Origin: Vicugna vicugna
Taxonomy: Eukaryota
Reading direction: 5' to 3'
DNA length: 64,000 nucleotides
NCBI GenBank assembly: GCA_013265495.1
Contig: MU058815.1
Coordinates: 186,001-250,000 of the forward strand
The notes below the pieces were generated by a model. It saw only the letters and a program-made list of their open reading frames with translations, was not told the origin of the DNA and ran no database searches. Shown here piece by piece: positions 24,750-38,257 of this stretch (position 1 is its first letter; each line of letters opens with the position of its first letter). The position numbers and the translations under genes are program-made.

Positions 24750-25257
24750 TTAAAGTAAACGTAGGTTCACACGCCATAGACAGAGTGTGGGCCATCTCAG
24801 CAGGCAAGAGAGAGAGTGACGAGAGGCGAGAGGTGGCTGCAGGGCATGGGTCTTCTAGGAGCGTGAGATTGGCCGCGAGGTGTGGGAGTGGCTAGTCTTT
24901 ATGTGCTCAGTAACTTCACATGCTAATAAGTAGGAAGAGTACTCCAGCTGCTTGGGGGAAGGGGCAAGGGGTCCCAGCCATTGGGCCGCTGCCCACTTTT
25001 GGGCTTTTTATGGCCAGCGTCAGAACTGCCGTGGCACCGTAGGAGTGGCCTTTAGCATGCTAATATATTACAATGAGCATATAATGATGCTCAAGGTCTA
25101 GTGGAAGTCAAATCTGCCATCTGAGGTCTCAAAGTCTACTGGAATTGAATTTTCCACCATCGTGGGCCTAGTCAGGTTTGAACCAGTTTATGTCCTATCC
25201 TCAGTTGCTATGTCATTCTTTTAATGGTTGTGCCCTGCCCACTTCCCTCCTGTCTCA
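24750..25257 (-). mobile_element. ERV1-class LTR related to 19454-19894, truncated at the left
   Basis: Shares blocks with 19454-19894 ('acagagtgtgggccatctcag', 'ccagctgcttgggggaaggggc'). Ends in 'ttccctcctgtctca'. Confidence 0.8.
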
Positions 25258-25546
25258 GTCATGGGGCCTTCGGGAGGTAATTAGGTCGTGGAGGTGGAGC
25301 CCTCCCAAATGGGATTAGCTTCCTTCTGAAAGGGACCCCAGAGGCCCCCTCGTCTCTCCTGCCAGGTGAGGACGTAGCAGGAGCACGGCCATCTGTGAAC
25401 CAGGGAGCTGCTCCTCGCCAGACCCCGGCCCTGCCAACACCTTGATCTTGGACTTCCCGGCCTCCAGAACTGAAAGAAGGAGGGTTCTGTTGTTTATAAG
25501 CCACACGTCGGTGCTGTTTTGTTACAGTGACAGCAGGACTAAGACA
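25258..25546 (+). mobile_element. MLT1A-like MaLR LTR (3' part)
   Basis: Contains 'caccttgatcttggacttcccggcctccagaactg...tgtttataagccac...gactaagaca'. Confidence 0.85.
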
Positions 25547-25986
25547 GCAATCCTACAAGTGCCGCATTGTGCAGAATAGAGAAAAGGCTAATTCTGTGGC
25601 TCAAATTCTGAATGCAAAGGCTTAAAGAAAGAAGAGCTCCACGGGTTGTAGAAATCTTGGTCGCCTTCAAGGAAGATGCTGAAAAGGAGGTCGAGCTGGG
25701 TGAGGAGTGGCTAACCCTGAAAGGAAGTGCGGGAGGGTGGTCTTTTTTCCGGGGAAGGGAAGATATGTTATTAACAGACATGTATGAAGAGAAACGTTAA
25801 GGAGATTTCTTAGCCCATATTGTCCTCACAAGCTGAAACCTCTGCCTGGATACTTCCCATTTCAATCCAGATCTCTCCATAGAAAGCAGAATTCCAGGCT
25901 CCCTTGTTATTCTGACAGACGTGTCTATTAGACCTGCGTTGTAGGGCACGTGTGCTGCAGGCGGACTTTGCATCCAGTAAAGAAAC

Positions 25987-26866
25987 TGTTATGGGGTGAA
26001 ATGTGCCCCCATCAATTCAAATGTTGGAGTCCTAACCCCAGTACCTCACAATGTGATCTAATTTGGAGACAGTCTTTTCTTCTTCTTCTTCAGCTTTACT
26101 GAGATATAATTGACGTATAACATTGTATAAATTTAAGGTGCATGACATGTAAATTTAAGGTGTATAATTTGATACATTTATATATTGCAGTGTGATCACC
26201 GCCATACCGTTAGCTAACACAGCCATCACATCACGTAATTCCCATTTCTTTTTTGTCGTGAGCAAATTTAGAATCTACTCTTTTAGCAACTTTCAAGCAT
26301 ACAATACAATATTATTCATTATAATCCCAATGCTGAGGGTTAGATCCCCACAATTTATTCATCTTCTAACTGGAAGTTTGTACCCTTTGGCCAACATGTC
26401 CCCAGTTCTCCCAACCCCCCAGCCCCTGGCAACCACCATCCTACTCTCTATTCCAACAAGTTTGGCTTTTTTCAATTCCACATGTAAGTGGTACCATACA
26501 GTGTTCGTCTTTGTTGGATTTATCTCCCTTAGCACAATGCCGTCGAAGTCCATCCATCCCCATGTTGACCACAGCGTTACTCACAACAGCCAAGATACTG
26601 AAACAACCCAAGTGTCCATCAACAGATGATTGGATAAAGAAGATAGGGTATATGTACAAAAAGGAATATTATTCAGCCATGAGAAAGAAGACAATCTTGC
26701 CATTTGTGACAACATTGAGAGAGGGTCGTTACAGAGGTAACCAAGGAAATATGAGGTCATGAAGGTGGGCTTCAATATAGTATGACCGGGGTCCTTATAA
26801 GATGAAATTCGGACCCAGAGGAGAGATGCCATGAAGACACACGGGGAGAGAATGAATGCAGCCATC
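25987..26866 (+). mobile_element. MLT1B-like MaLR LTR interrupted by an inverted L1
   Basis: 'tgttatggggtgaaatgtg...cctaaccccagtacctcacaatgtga' resumes after 26716 as 'gggtcgttacagagg...tgaggtcat...gtccttataag'. Confidence 0.8.
26074..26715 (-). mobile_element. L1MA-type insertion with 5' inversion
   Basis: Antisense 3'UTR at 26074-26557 is followed by sense-orientation ORF2-end sequence at 26558-26715 (PMLTTALLTTAKILKQPKCPSTDDWIKK). Confidence 0.85.
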
Positions 26867-27278
26867 CAACCTGGAGACGTCACTCTAAGTGAAGTAAGCC
26901 AGAAAGAGGAATAACATATGCTATCACTCATGTGTGGAATCTAAAAGAAGAAAAAAGGGGACACTAATGAACTCATCTACAAAACAGAAACAGACTCGCA
27001 GGCATGGGAAGCAATCTTATGGTTACTAAGGGGAAAGGGGTGGGAAGGGATACATTTGGGAGTTGGAGATTGGCAAATGCTAACCACTATATATAAAAAT
27101 CAGATTAAAAAAATCAAATTTCTTCTGTAGAGCACAGAGAACTATATTCAATATCTCGTAATAACTTTTAATGAAAAAGAGTATGAAAACGAATATCGGT
27201 ATGGGTAGACATGACGGGGACACTGGGCTGTGCGTCAGAAATTGTCACATTGTAACTCACTGTACTTCAATTAAAGTA
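26867..27278 (+). mobile_element. Camelid L1 3' end, followed by (GA)n
   Basis: Contains 'ctaagtgaagtaagccagaaagag...gaactcatctacaaaacagaaacagactc...tgtacttcaattaaa'. Confidence 0.85.
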
Positions 27279-28522
27279 AGAGAGAGAGAGAGAGAGAGGG
27301 TATGGTCCCAGGCAGACAGAAACAGCAAAATCAAGTGCTTTTCATGAAATGCTTGAAACAGCCCCATTCTGGGTACCGTTGTCCGCACTGTCTTCTTTAA
27401 ATGTAAGTTTCTAGGTGACAGATGGTCCTTGCTCCTGGAGATGCTCTTCATTCGACTTCTGACACCTGACCTTCAGGTGCGAGCCTGCCGAGCCCGGGGT
27501 AAGCCACGTCACGCTGCAGCGGTCTTCAGAACTGTGGTAGATCCGGAAAAGAACTCCTGGGGGAAATGTTGCCTCTTTCACAAGAGAGCTCTGGGCCGCT
27601 TACAAGGGCCCGTCTGCATCCTGGTGGTGAAGGCCGTGAGATTCTACCTCCTTGCTTGTTTTGTGGATGATGAACAGATGTCTTCCCAATTTGGAATGCC
27701 CCCCAGGGGACCACCGGGCCCCGGGAGAGACCCTTCCACCAAAGTTGGAAGAGTCCGTGCGAGCCGCCGAGGCGTCACGATGTGAAACACGCTGCTTGCG
27801 TTCTGCTGCTGTGTTTACCCTCTTCAAGAAAAGGAAAATAAGAAAATTTTACTCCTGCCTGGCGCGCAGAGCTGCATCGTGCCTTTCAAAGGAGAGGGAG
27901 GGAGGCAACACCGAGAGCCGGGAGACAGCAGGTCTGAAGAACTGCCCGCAGCAAGCTCCCCCAAGCCGAAGGCCGCCCTGCGCCTCTGCAGGCCTGAACT
28001 CAGCTGGATGGAGCATCAATTAACTGCGGGAGGGGTGTGCGCCAGCACCTTCCCTGGCAGTGTGGCTGGAAAAATCCACCGCCGTCATCTCCCTGACTGG
28101 CTGCGCAGGGCTCCAAGGCTTGGGGGCAAGTTCCAACACTCGCCTCCCGTCCAGGACGTGTCAGTTCCCTCCTTGGCCTGGAATTGCCCACTGGGTAATT
28201 AACGGGGCTCCGGAGGATCATTTACGGGCTCGTCATTCCTGGCGATGCCTGACTGGCAACAGCTGCCTCTGCAAAGAGCCAGGTATGGCTCTCGATGGCC
28301 CAGAACTCGACTTTAAGTGTAAGGCGGATTCAAAATTCCCCCCAGACAGTTCCCTTTCATACACCAGGTTCCCCGAAGCAAAGGGACAGGGGATCCGGGG
28401 ACTCTCATGGGCTCGAGAGGTCTTTGGATGCCTAAGGCTGCCGCTTTGATCCATCCGGGTAAGGGAACCTAGACAGAATGCTCCCACTAGCAAGCCATGG
28501 AGAAGACAGAGAGTGGCCCTCC

Positions 28523-28812
28523 AGTCTGTTTCTGTTTTGTAAATAAGTTCATTTCTGTCTTTTTTTTTAGATTCCACATATGAGTGATATCATATTATAT
28601 TTTTCTTTCTCTTTCTGGTTCACTTCACTTAGAATGATGATCTCCAGGTCCATCCATGTTGCTGCAAATGGCATTACTTTATTCTTTTTATGGCTGAGTA
28701 GTACTCCATTGTATAAATACACCACAGCTTCTTTATCCAGTCCTCTGTCGATGGACGTTCAGGCTGTTCCCATGTCTTGGCTGTGGTAAATAGTGCTGCT
28801 GTGAACATTGAG
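28523..28812 (-). mobile_element. Internal L1 fragment (ORF2 end / 3'UTR start)
   Basis: Contains 'ttagattccacatatgagtgatatc...catccatgttgctgcaaatggcatt'. Confidence 0.85.
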
Positions 28813-29709
28813 GAGCATTATCTTTTTGAGGGTTTTCTGGTGTGTGTTTTGTGGGTTTTTTTGTGGTTTATTTTGTTTTGTTTTTTCTACTATTAAGGAT
28901 GATGTTGGCATTAACAATCCAGGCCTGAGAAAAGGCTGGCTGCTCTGTACCCTGACAGTCCCGGCCTGTCTACTCCCCTTTATCCCAGACGACCCCAGTC
29001 TCCCCCACCCCCTGCCCCTTCCTGCTAAACCCGGGCTTGTGGGTTACCCACCTGGCTTGCTTTTCAAGAATGCATAACAGGAAGTGGGGAGACTTTCTCT
29101 GCGTCTCAGTTCCCACATCTGAAAAACCCTGCTCGCTCGGTGGTGTCTCAGGTCAGAGATAACTACACGTGTACAATACCTACATACGCAGGTGGGTAAT
29201 TGGAAATGCTGTCATTAGCTCCGTGAATCTGGGGTCAGGAAATGTCATCCTCTTGACCCACAGAAAGTATGAAATAATAAATGTTTGTTGTTTCAACCTG
29301 CTGAACTTGTAGTAAATTTTTTGCATCAATAGAAAACTAATACACTGGGTATCTGAATTTCCGTTCTCTTCTCGTCACTACTAGATCTTATTATTTTTAA
29401 TGGACAGGAAGGGTTAAGACACCCTCCAGTGGATCCCACATTCCACTGCGGAAACGTTATGATGAACTGCTTGGCTGCTGCGTTCCCAGCCTTCCTCTCC
29501 CTGGTTCTTGAAATATAGTGGACATGACCCTTAACTACTCCCACGGGGAGGCAAGAGGTGGGAGTCACTGGGGAGACAGAATTTCTTTGGGTCAAATGAC
29601 TCAATATTGTCCTCCCATTGGGCTATGAACTATAAGAGGAGAAATTCAATTTTATCTTTTATCTTTTTCTTTTATCCCCAGTGCTATGATGAAGGATTAA
29701 AAAGAATGT

Positions 29710-29812
29710 AATGGATGGATGAGTGAGTGACGGATAAATGAATGGGTGGGTGAGTGGATAGAGAGACAGATGGACAGATGGATGGATGGAGGGATGGATG
29801 ACAAATGGATAT
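29710..29812. repeat. Degenerate (GGAT)n simple repeat
   Basis: atggatggatgagtgagtga...gatggatggatggagggatggatga. Confidence 0.85.
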
Positions 29813-32557
29813 ATGAAGTGTGAACTTGTGGCAAATCTCTTGGGAGCTTGGTGCCCCTCTGGGGCCTGGATTACACTTCGTCTCTATAATGAAGCACCCA
29901 CCACAGTCCGCTGGCACCTGGGCCCTGCCCTTGCCAGCTCCCACCTCTGCACTCAAGATCCACGGTTGCCAATAGCCTGCCTGGATCACTGCATCTTCCC
30001 TATTCCTGGGCCCTGGATCCCAGCATCTGCTCCATGAGCTGCCTCCTGGAGCCCTGGCTGCCACCAGCTGTGGGCTTGCAAAGGTCCTCCATTGATGGCA
30101 TCAATGTCTGGACACCAGCTGTGGTCTTCCAAAGGCCCTCCACGGAGAACTCAGTTTCTGTTCCTCCTGCCCACGCAGCTCTGCAGTCCTCAGGACTTCC
30201 CCTCCGCCGGCCTGGCTTTCTCATTGCTGCCCATCCACGCCCCTTCCTGACAGGTGCTGGAACACGCAGTCTCGGCAAGCAGGGCTGACGCCATCGGGGA
30301 TGCTGTAAAATACCCTGCGGTTGCTATTTTGAGGAATACATTCGCCGAAACATGGGAACAGCAGCCACCCTTGGGTCTGGATGGAAGCAGAAAAAAGGGT
30401 TCCCAGCATCTCTGCTTGGCTTCTATGTGCTTCCCTGCACGGCAGAGGGAAAGGGCTGTGTGTCCACCAGAGAAACGGCTGTAGGGTGCGCTTGGCCCCT
30501 GAGCCTGGCCGACGGGCGGGGGCACACTCATCTGCCTGACTCTCCCCTCTGGCAAAGCGATGGGCTCTTGGTGCCAACCTGGACGACCGTCTGGGCAGCT
30601 GTGGAAGTAGAAAGCGTGGCTGGGGGACACTGGCCCAGAGGAGGGTGTAGTGAGCGGCTTCTGCCCGCGGCTCTCTTCACGCTGTCCCCTCAGCGGGCGG
30701 GAGCAGCTAATGCGGCCCTCGGGGGCGCCCATCAAATCCCGCCCAAAGCACATGGGCTCATGAAGGCAAATCTCACCCCTCCGAGGCCTGAGACGGGATT
30801 GCTCCCGTAGCCTGCCTTTGCGTGCTGGAAAAGTTAACGCCGCTACGGTGTTGTCACAAGGAGCTTTATTTTTCAAACATTCATAAACATAAAATAATTT
30901 CCAGTTACAGTGTTACTTGAAGCCCGAGACGAGCTTACTCTTTAGGACAGGGCCAGTTCTTAAAGGTTTAGCATTTAAAAGGAACTACCGTTTCTGTGGC
31001 CCTCAATCAACCTTAGGTGCTTTTTCTCAATTATTCCTTCTAACAACCTCATGGGTGAAGTGTTACTATCACCCCCATGTTACCAGTGGCGACACTAACC
31101 AAGGGCGCACAGCTAGTTGGTAGCAGAGTCAAGGTTCAGACTGTGGCCACCAGGGTCCAAAGCATCTCGGCGTAAGTCCAGTCTGCAGCCTCCAATATCC
31201 GTCTCGTCCAGGAGGCTGCGAACAGTACGTTATGCAGGTTGAACCAAGGAATCAGAGACTCGTCACCACCTGCTAACATCTCAAGGTGACAGCAAGAGCT
31301 TCTTTGTGTCAAGTGAGGCCCCAGCAGCGCCTCCTGTGCAGGGAGGGGGCCAGCAGCCACTGGCCCCAGGAAGGTAGGTCCAGGTTTGGGTGCTGTCAGA
31401 GCTGGCGTCAGTTTCAGCCAGGTTTGTGAGCAACGGGGTGCCATCCGACCCCTCTCCCCTCTGTTGTTCAGCTGTCCCTTGGGAACGACACGCAGCAGTA
31501 CCTGCGCCTCAGACAGTTGCTGCGAGGAACCAGTTTGCATCAAGTCCCTAACCCGGTGCCTGACACGTAATGAGAACTGAATAATGGTTGGCTGTTACTA
31601 TCTTGGCATCACATGTCGGTTTCATTGGAGGAAGGATGGCCATGCTGGTCCGGACACACAGGAGGCAGCCCCGGACACCTGATCGGCCTGATCGGCGTGT
31701 CAGTACTGAGCTTGAGGCCGGAGGTGGATGATGGAGGCGGCAGACGGGTGCCAGCGACAACACGGGAAACGCCGAGATAAGGTCGTGGCTCCAGGTCGTA
31801 TTGAGCAGCTGTGTCAGAGTTCAGTAAACGAATCCGTCTTCTTGATTACAAATCCCGAGTGCATCAGCCAAAAACAGCTCTCCACTAGATGGGGGCCTTC
31901 TTTAGAACGATCTTCACCGGGCCAAATGTGCCCACGCTGGTTCTCAACACCAGCGCGGGAAGGTCCACAGCCTGTTTTCCGAGGACGAGTTTAATGACGT
32001 CTGGACTGGAGGTGATGCTGGTCCAGGGGGTGAAGCAAGTCCCTGCAGAACCTGGAGCGACGGCCCAGCCTGGGACGGTACTTCACAGAGAGGGCTTTGA
32101 TGTGGTCGGCTGCAGCCAGAGCGGCCCGGCTGGCTCTCCGGCCGAGCATCAGCCCTGCCGTCTGCACACACCCAGGCCCAGCATGTCACTCTCGCCGTTG
32201 GAGCGAATCTCAGCTTGTGGAACTTGGGAAGCGTTGCCAGAGGGTGACGGATGATGTTAATTTGACCATTAAAACTCAACAAAGGGCCCTGGTTAACAAA
32301 GAACACTTTCAGACAAGAAAAAAACGAAGAAAACACCAGCTAAGCTCTGCGCTAGGAGGCCTCGGCGGGACGGAGTGTCTTAGGGGGAGCCGCAGCTCCC
32401 AGACAGAATTAACGTGGTAGCTAACAACCGTCACACAAATGCCTGATTACACACGGGACTCCTAGGCTAGCGGGTCCCCTGGGCCTGAGATCCCCCAGCA
32501 AACGTGGAGGCAGGGCTGTGAGTTACGGTTGTCCACCAGGGCCCAGAGGGAGCTTGC

Positions 32558-32788
32558 TTTTTTTTTTTTTAAATTGAAGTGTATCTGGAGGAAATTCTAA
32601 TTTGAAAAGACACCTGCACCCTAATGTCCACAGCAGCACTGTTCACAACAGCCAAGATGTGGAGACAGCCTAAACTGGATAAAGATGCAATTTTTACACA
32701 CACTCACATACAATGGAATACTACTCAGCCATAAAAAAGAGTGAAGTAATGCCATTTGCAACATCATGGAGGGACCTAGCGATTACCA
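32558..32788. mobile_element. Short L1 insertion with inversion and deletion
   Basis: A 13-T run plus 'aaattgaagt' (antisense L1 extreme 3' end) is joined directly to sense ORF2-end sequence 'aaaagacacctgcaccctaatg...gccatttgcaacatcatgg'. Confidence 0.7.
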
Positions 32789-34942
32789 CTGGCCGCTTTT
32801 TTTTTTTGAGTTTTCAATCAAGATTTTAATGAAAAAAAATCACAAAGTAACAGTTTCTCATCACTGTACATTACAACTGCTCGCTTCTGAAAGGAGAGAG
32901 CAGTGAACTGCTTTAGTAGAACACTTGAGGGCTGCGGACCTGCGGCTCTGACCGGAATTCGTCCAAACTCTCGAGGGAAGTGAACTCAGTGTGATGACGG
33001 ACAGCGGTGGTGGCCAGCACAGGGGTGTGATCGGGGTTCCTTCCCCCTTTCTGGGAAGGGGTGTAAGGAGACGACCCCTCTCCCAGCTCCGATTAAACAA
33101 AACAGCTGTAACCCACCCCTCCCCCTCGAGGTGCCTGTGAGTGGACCCGTGCCCAGCCTGGCGTCCCCCAAAGGAGGAGAGGGAAAGCCAGGCATGAGTG
33201 GGGGACAGACAGATTCCCCTCTGCACCTGGTCCCACGGGGCCCTGCCAAGTGGAAGGAGGGAGCCCTGGGGACCCTCCCTGGCCCCAGATGGCAGCATTT
33301 TTGACATCAGTAAATTACAGCATAAATGGCAAGGTGAGGCAGGGGGAGGAGTTCCTGGTAGAAAATTAAAGTGGGGTGACAAGCTAAGGGGGTCCTAGGA
33401 AGGCGGTCCTGGGCGGCCTCAGTTCCCTCGGGGCACACTCACCCCCGACCTGGAAGGTCAGACTGCGGCTCTGGTCGGGCCCCGCTCCGCCCTTCGCCCC
33501 TCGTGGCCCTGGGGTAGAGCGCGGGTCTTGGTCCCTGAGCGGGCGCGGCAGGGCTGAGAGCCCTGGGCTGTTCGAAGTCCTAGTGCCTCTGCTCCTGTCC
33601 TCCAAGCTGGGGCACTGGACGGTGCAGCCCCCTGGCTACCTTCCAATCAACACATCGGCTCATCACAGGGGGACCCAGGAGCACTGAGGACAAGACGCTG
33701 CCCGCAGGATGCGAGCGTGAGCGCACGGGAGTCCCCAGTGTGGGTGCCGAGGGGATGTCCCGGAGCCTGCAGATCCCCGAGCAGGCAGGCGTTCCTGCCG
33801 TGCGCACCATCCCGAGAGCCTCACACACAAGCTTGCGGTACGAAGTTGAGGGCAGGGGGCAAGCAGGCTGGGGAAGGGGTCCGGGGCAAGCGGGACCGCC
33901 GCTGACATCTCTGCCCTGGGGACAGACGAGCAGGGGGTGGCAGGGCCAGCTGGTTCCATGCACGTGGTTGCAGCAAGCTGCCTCAGATCACTGTCGCATC
34001 GCCTCTGTGTCTGTGACTGCGGGCCCCTGGCAGTGTGTTCGTTCCAATGTCCAGAAGACACACCATGAGCTCCATTTGCTCTTGGTATTTCCAAGCACTC
34101 AAAGCACCTACCTCAGCCGCGAGGGGCGAGGCCCAGGGCCATTCGAGGGGCATCGGGGCGTGAGGTGGGGACGCATCCAGCACCTAAGCCCTCCCCTCGG
34201 GGCTTCCCAGAGCATCTCTTTCCGGCCATGCGCTGCTGCTGCAGGGAGGCCTCAGTGGTTTACTGCAGTGTCGCATTGAAACAAAATTCCCTCCACGTGG
34301 CACGACACGGAGACCTCACTGCACTCATGTTGATTCAGTTCTGCGCGTATCTCCATGGCAGCTGTCAAAAGGACATCATACTATGTAAACTCCCACAGTT
34401 CCTAATGGCCAACAGCCCCAACCGGGTGCTGAAAGCTGGGAGAGAAGCTAAGTTTCTTTCTTTTTCTTTCTCAGCCCTTCTTTCTTATGCGGCGCTGTCT
34501 TCCTCCACACCTGTGGAAGGTCCCTTGATGCCTGGGGAAAATGGAGAGCCGGATCTGGCCGAGACTGAGAAGCAAGAGGGAGAGAAAGAGCTCACTGGCG
34601 TGGCTTCGTGAATGCTGTGAGGCTGCAGGGAAGGTGTCCGCTTTACACCCCGAGCTTCTGAGGCCCCATCTGAGCATCATCATCTTGAGGCTGCAGGAGT
34701 AAACGTCAGGCCGGAGCCTGCCTCCTGGACGTCCCCTCCTCCTGCCCAGGCGAGCGGGACCCCAGAGGGACCCCAGGCCCACATCTGCCCTGTGTGGGAG
34801 TCTGTCCTCCTGCCTCCTCCCTCCCTGTGTTTAGTTCATGGAACACGCAGAGTCCCTGTCCTCTTTCTTCCCCCTCCCCACCCCAAGAGGAGAAGGGCAG
34901 TGCAGACAGCTGCCAGTGGGTGCAGGATACTGTGTTGAGCGC

Positions 34943-35292
34943 AGTGTTTCTCAGAGTGTGTCCCCTGGGCCAGCAGCCTGCGAACTTGCTAGAAATATGA
35001 AAACGAACATATGTTTGTACATGCATGGCTGGGGCATCGTGCTGTGCGCCGGAGGCTGACGCATCGTCATTGACTGTACTTCAGCTAAATCAGTCAAAGT
35101 TCAATCGGTCGATCAATCAATTGATCAATAAATAAATTATCCCAATTATTTAAAAAAGAAGAAGAAGAAATGCACTTTGTGGGGCCCACCCTGTGCCTGC
35201 TGAGTCAGGGCCTCTGACGGGCCAGGGTCCCTGCTCTCACAAACCCTCCAGGAGGTTCCAACGCTGCTCCACCCAAGAAACCCTGCCGTAGA
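34943..35292. mobile_element. MER5A-like hAT element split by a camelid L1 tail (about 34996-35165, + strand)
   Basis: 'cagtgtttctcagagtgtg...cttgctagaaat' resumes as 'agaaatgcactttgtggggcccaccc...ctgagtcag'. The intervening sequence is an L1 tail. Confidence 0.7.
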
Positions 35293-36020
35293 CATAAGGT
35301 TAAGGGTTCCGGCCCCCCCCCTCCAGACCTTTGGCTCCTGGAAGCACCGCCTGTGACGGGCCTTAGAAAGGGCTGTGCACCCCAGCCAGTGCTTTGTTTT
35401 CTGTTTCATTTTTTTCCTTCCTACAGGGAAATAGAGCCCGTGTGAGGCCTAGGTCTCCTCCAAGGGGTCCGCCTGAGCCCGAGGGCCCAGCCTCACTCCC
35501 CCAGCCCCGGCCCCGGCAGCCCCGGGAGCGTCCCCCACCTCCTCACTAGGCCTGCTTGAGGGTTTTCACTGGTCCATCTTTGCAGAGCAGGGCTGCAAAC
35601 GCGGGACCCCAGGGGAAGCGCAGGGAACCAGCCCCTCCCACCTGCCGTGAACTCGGCCCTCCCTCCCTTCTCCTTCTTCTTCTTCCACAGAAAATAAATC
35701 AAGCAAAAGTTCAGGCAGTAGCGTATCACCTACTCACCACTGTGAGTCGCACGGTAACTCTTTGCCACAATGCCTAATTCCTTCAGTGTGCCCTCACCTG
35801 TACCGGTGAGACCCGCGCCCCTTCCTCCCTGGAAGGAACCCCTCTCCTGAGCTGCACAGGGATTTCTCTGACCCCTGTTTTTATAACCCACCTCTGTTAT
35901 GGGATCCAAAGCCAATGCATAGTGTCACAGTGTGTGTTTTAAATTTGTAGGAAAGTACACATTCCTTTACTGTAATTGACTGTTCCCACTCATCAGGTGT
36001 TCCCAAGATGGCTTTGTGTC

Positions 36021-36165
36021 TACAAGATCTGGTGGTAGCTCACAGCGGAAAGGAATGTGACAATGAATGTAGGTATGTTCATGTATAACTGAAAAATTGT
36101 GCTCTACACTGGGATTTGACACAACATTGTAAACTGACTAACTCAATAAAAAAAGTTTAAAAAAG
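36021..36165 (+). mobile_element. Short camelid L1 3' tail with degenerate TSD
   Basis: Similar to the reverse complement of 4195-4335. Flanks are 'caagatggctttgtgtc' and 'caagacggcttatgtc'. Confidence 0.8.
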
Positions 36166-36605
36166 ACAAGACGGCTTATGTCGGTTCCAATGGTTACGCT
36201 CACTCATTCTCACCAATTAACATGACTGCGTTGTACGAATATACGACAGTTTGTTGATCCACCTCCATGCAGGTGCACAGCTGGGTGGTTTTCAGGTTTT
36301 TGCTGTTCCGCGTACACACCTCTGTTAGGTCTCCGTGCGACCGTTTGCGGATTCCTCTAACGTATACCCAGCACTGGACCTGGGGGGTCGCTCCCTCAAC
36401 GTGGCCGAACCTCCTGCCACTCCACGTCCTTCCAACACTTCAGATTATCAGAGTCAATACTCTTCCAGCCTGATGGGTGCAAAGGATTTCGCTCACCGTG
36501 TACATCTCAGGATTTCTGGTGGGGTTAAACCTCTCCCACACATTCATTCAGGTTTTCTTTTCCAAGAATGACCCCTTCTTTTGTCCTTTTTTTTTTTTAT
36601 TTCAC

Positions 36606-36946
36606 TGTTGCTGAGTGTTTATGTGCCCCAAATCCCAAAATTCATATGTGGAGACCTAATGCCCATGGGATGGTATTTGGAGTTGGGACATTTGGCAGGT
36701 GATTAAGTGGTGAGGGTGGAGCCCTCCTGAATGGGGTTAGTGCCCTTAGGAGAGACCCCAGAGGGCTCCCTCACCCCACCACCACGTGAGGGCGCAGCTC
36801 CAGCAAGCACCCCTCGCCAGACACCAAGTCCACTGGCACCTTGATCTTGAACTCCCAGCAGCCGCAGCCGTAAGAAATAAACCTCTGCTGTTTGTGATCC
36901 AGCCAGTCAACGGCATTCTGGTATAGCAGCCCCAAGGGACTGAGAT
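36606..36946 (+). mobile_element. MLT1A-like MaLR LTR
   Basis: Contains 'cccaaaattcatatgtgg...gagggtggagccctcctgaatggg...caccttgatcttgaactcccag...aataaacctctgctgttt'. Confidence 0.85.
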
Positions 36947-37269
36947 GGGCCTTGTGTTACTGATCTGCTCAAATCTTCGTATATCGTGAGAACTCCACTC
37001 GTCTGTGGCCATGCGTCTGTCTCCGCTTTACCTTGCACTTTCTATATAAACAATGTATCACCTGCAGAAGATGGCTTTGATTTTTGTTCCTCTTTCCAAC
37101 TCTTCTGTCTCCTTCCCCATCGTGTTGTGCTGGGCAGGCCCTGCGGGTCAGCGCTGACTGGAACTGTGAGAGTGGCCAGCCGCACTTCACACCCGATTTC
37201 AAACAGCCCGCTTCTGATCTGTTGTCTGTGAAATGGTACTATTTGCAGCAGGTTTTCAGTAGATAATGT

Positions 37270-38240
37270 TTACCCGCCATGGAAATGCCATTCTATTATT
37301 AGCGCCTTAAAGTGTCGCATCATGAATACGTGTAGAATTTCATCAAATGCCTTTTTTCTGCATCTTTTGAGGATCACATGCTTTTCTTTATTTAATCTTT
37401 AACATGATTAATTACATTAACAAATTTCCTAATGTTATTCTTTCCAATTTTTCTGGGGAAGTGTACATGAGTTATATGTTCAACATTGAACCATGTAAGT
37501 TTGTAAATTTTTTTAAGGATTTTTGTATTTATATTTCATAATGAGATTAGCCTGTTTGCCTTGCTGGGGTTCCTCTCTATTGCTTTTCTGCCAAGCAATC
37601 TTAGATGATTAAAAATTATCTGTCCTTGGAAAATTCAGTAAATCTCACTGATTAAATCATCTGAGATTTGTTCTGTTTGTTCAATGATTTTGATTTAATT
37701 TCTTTCATGGTTATAGGTCTCTTTGGGTTTTTAGTTTATTCTATAGCCAATTTTGACATTGCATATTTTTCTAGAGAATAACCATTTTGTCTAAGTTTTA
37801 AAATTTATTGGCATAATGTTGTCATCACATTTGGTGATGATTTTTCACCCGTGGTTCAGCTGCATCGAAGTCTTGTTTTCCTTCCAGTGGCCTTTGTTGT
37901 TTGTTCTTTTCTTCCTCAATAAACCTTCCAGGGTTTGTGGACTTCGATTCTTTTCAAAACTTAGCTTCTGCTTTCGTTAATTTTCTCCACTACTTTTGGT
38001 ATTTCTTGCTTTTGATTGACTTTCCTTCTCTCTCTCTTTTTACTTTCTGAGTTGAATACTTAACTCATTAGTTTTCAGTCTCTTTTTTCCTTTTTAAGAA
38101 ATTTATTTAATTCTATTGACTGTTTCTCTGGACACATTTTTTAAACATGTTTTGATATATAGTTTTCTTAATCGGTTCTATATATTTTATAACTTTAGTG
38201 ATGTTATTACTAATTATAATTATTTTACCCTGTGGTCAGA
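37270..38240 (-). mobile_element. Very degenerate old L1 ORF2
   Basis: T-rich tract with 'tcaaatgccttttttctgcatctt' and 'ttgtctaagttttaaaatttattggcata'. Confidence 0.65.
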
Positions 38241-38257
38241 GGTCACCATTCACAGCA

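Noticed and set aside
30190..30876. 228-aa ORF and overlapping ORFs in GC-rich sequence (similar cases at 33-34 kb and 53.4-54 kb)
   Set aside because: Several frames on both strands are open because stop codons are scarce, and the translations show no recognisable homology.
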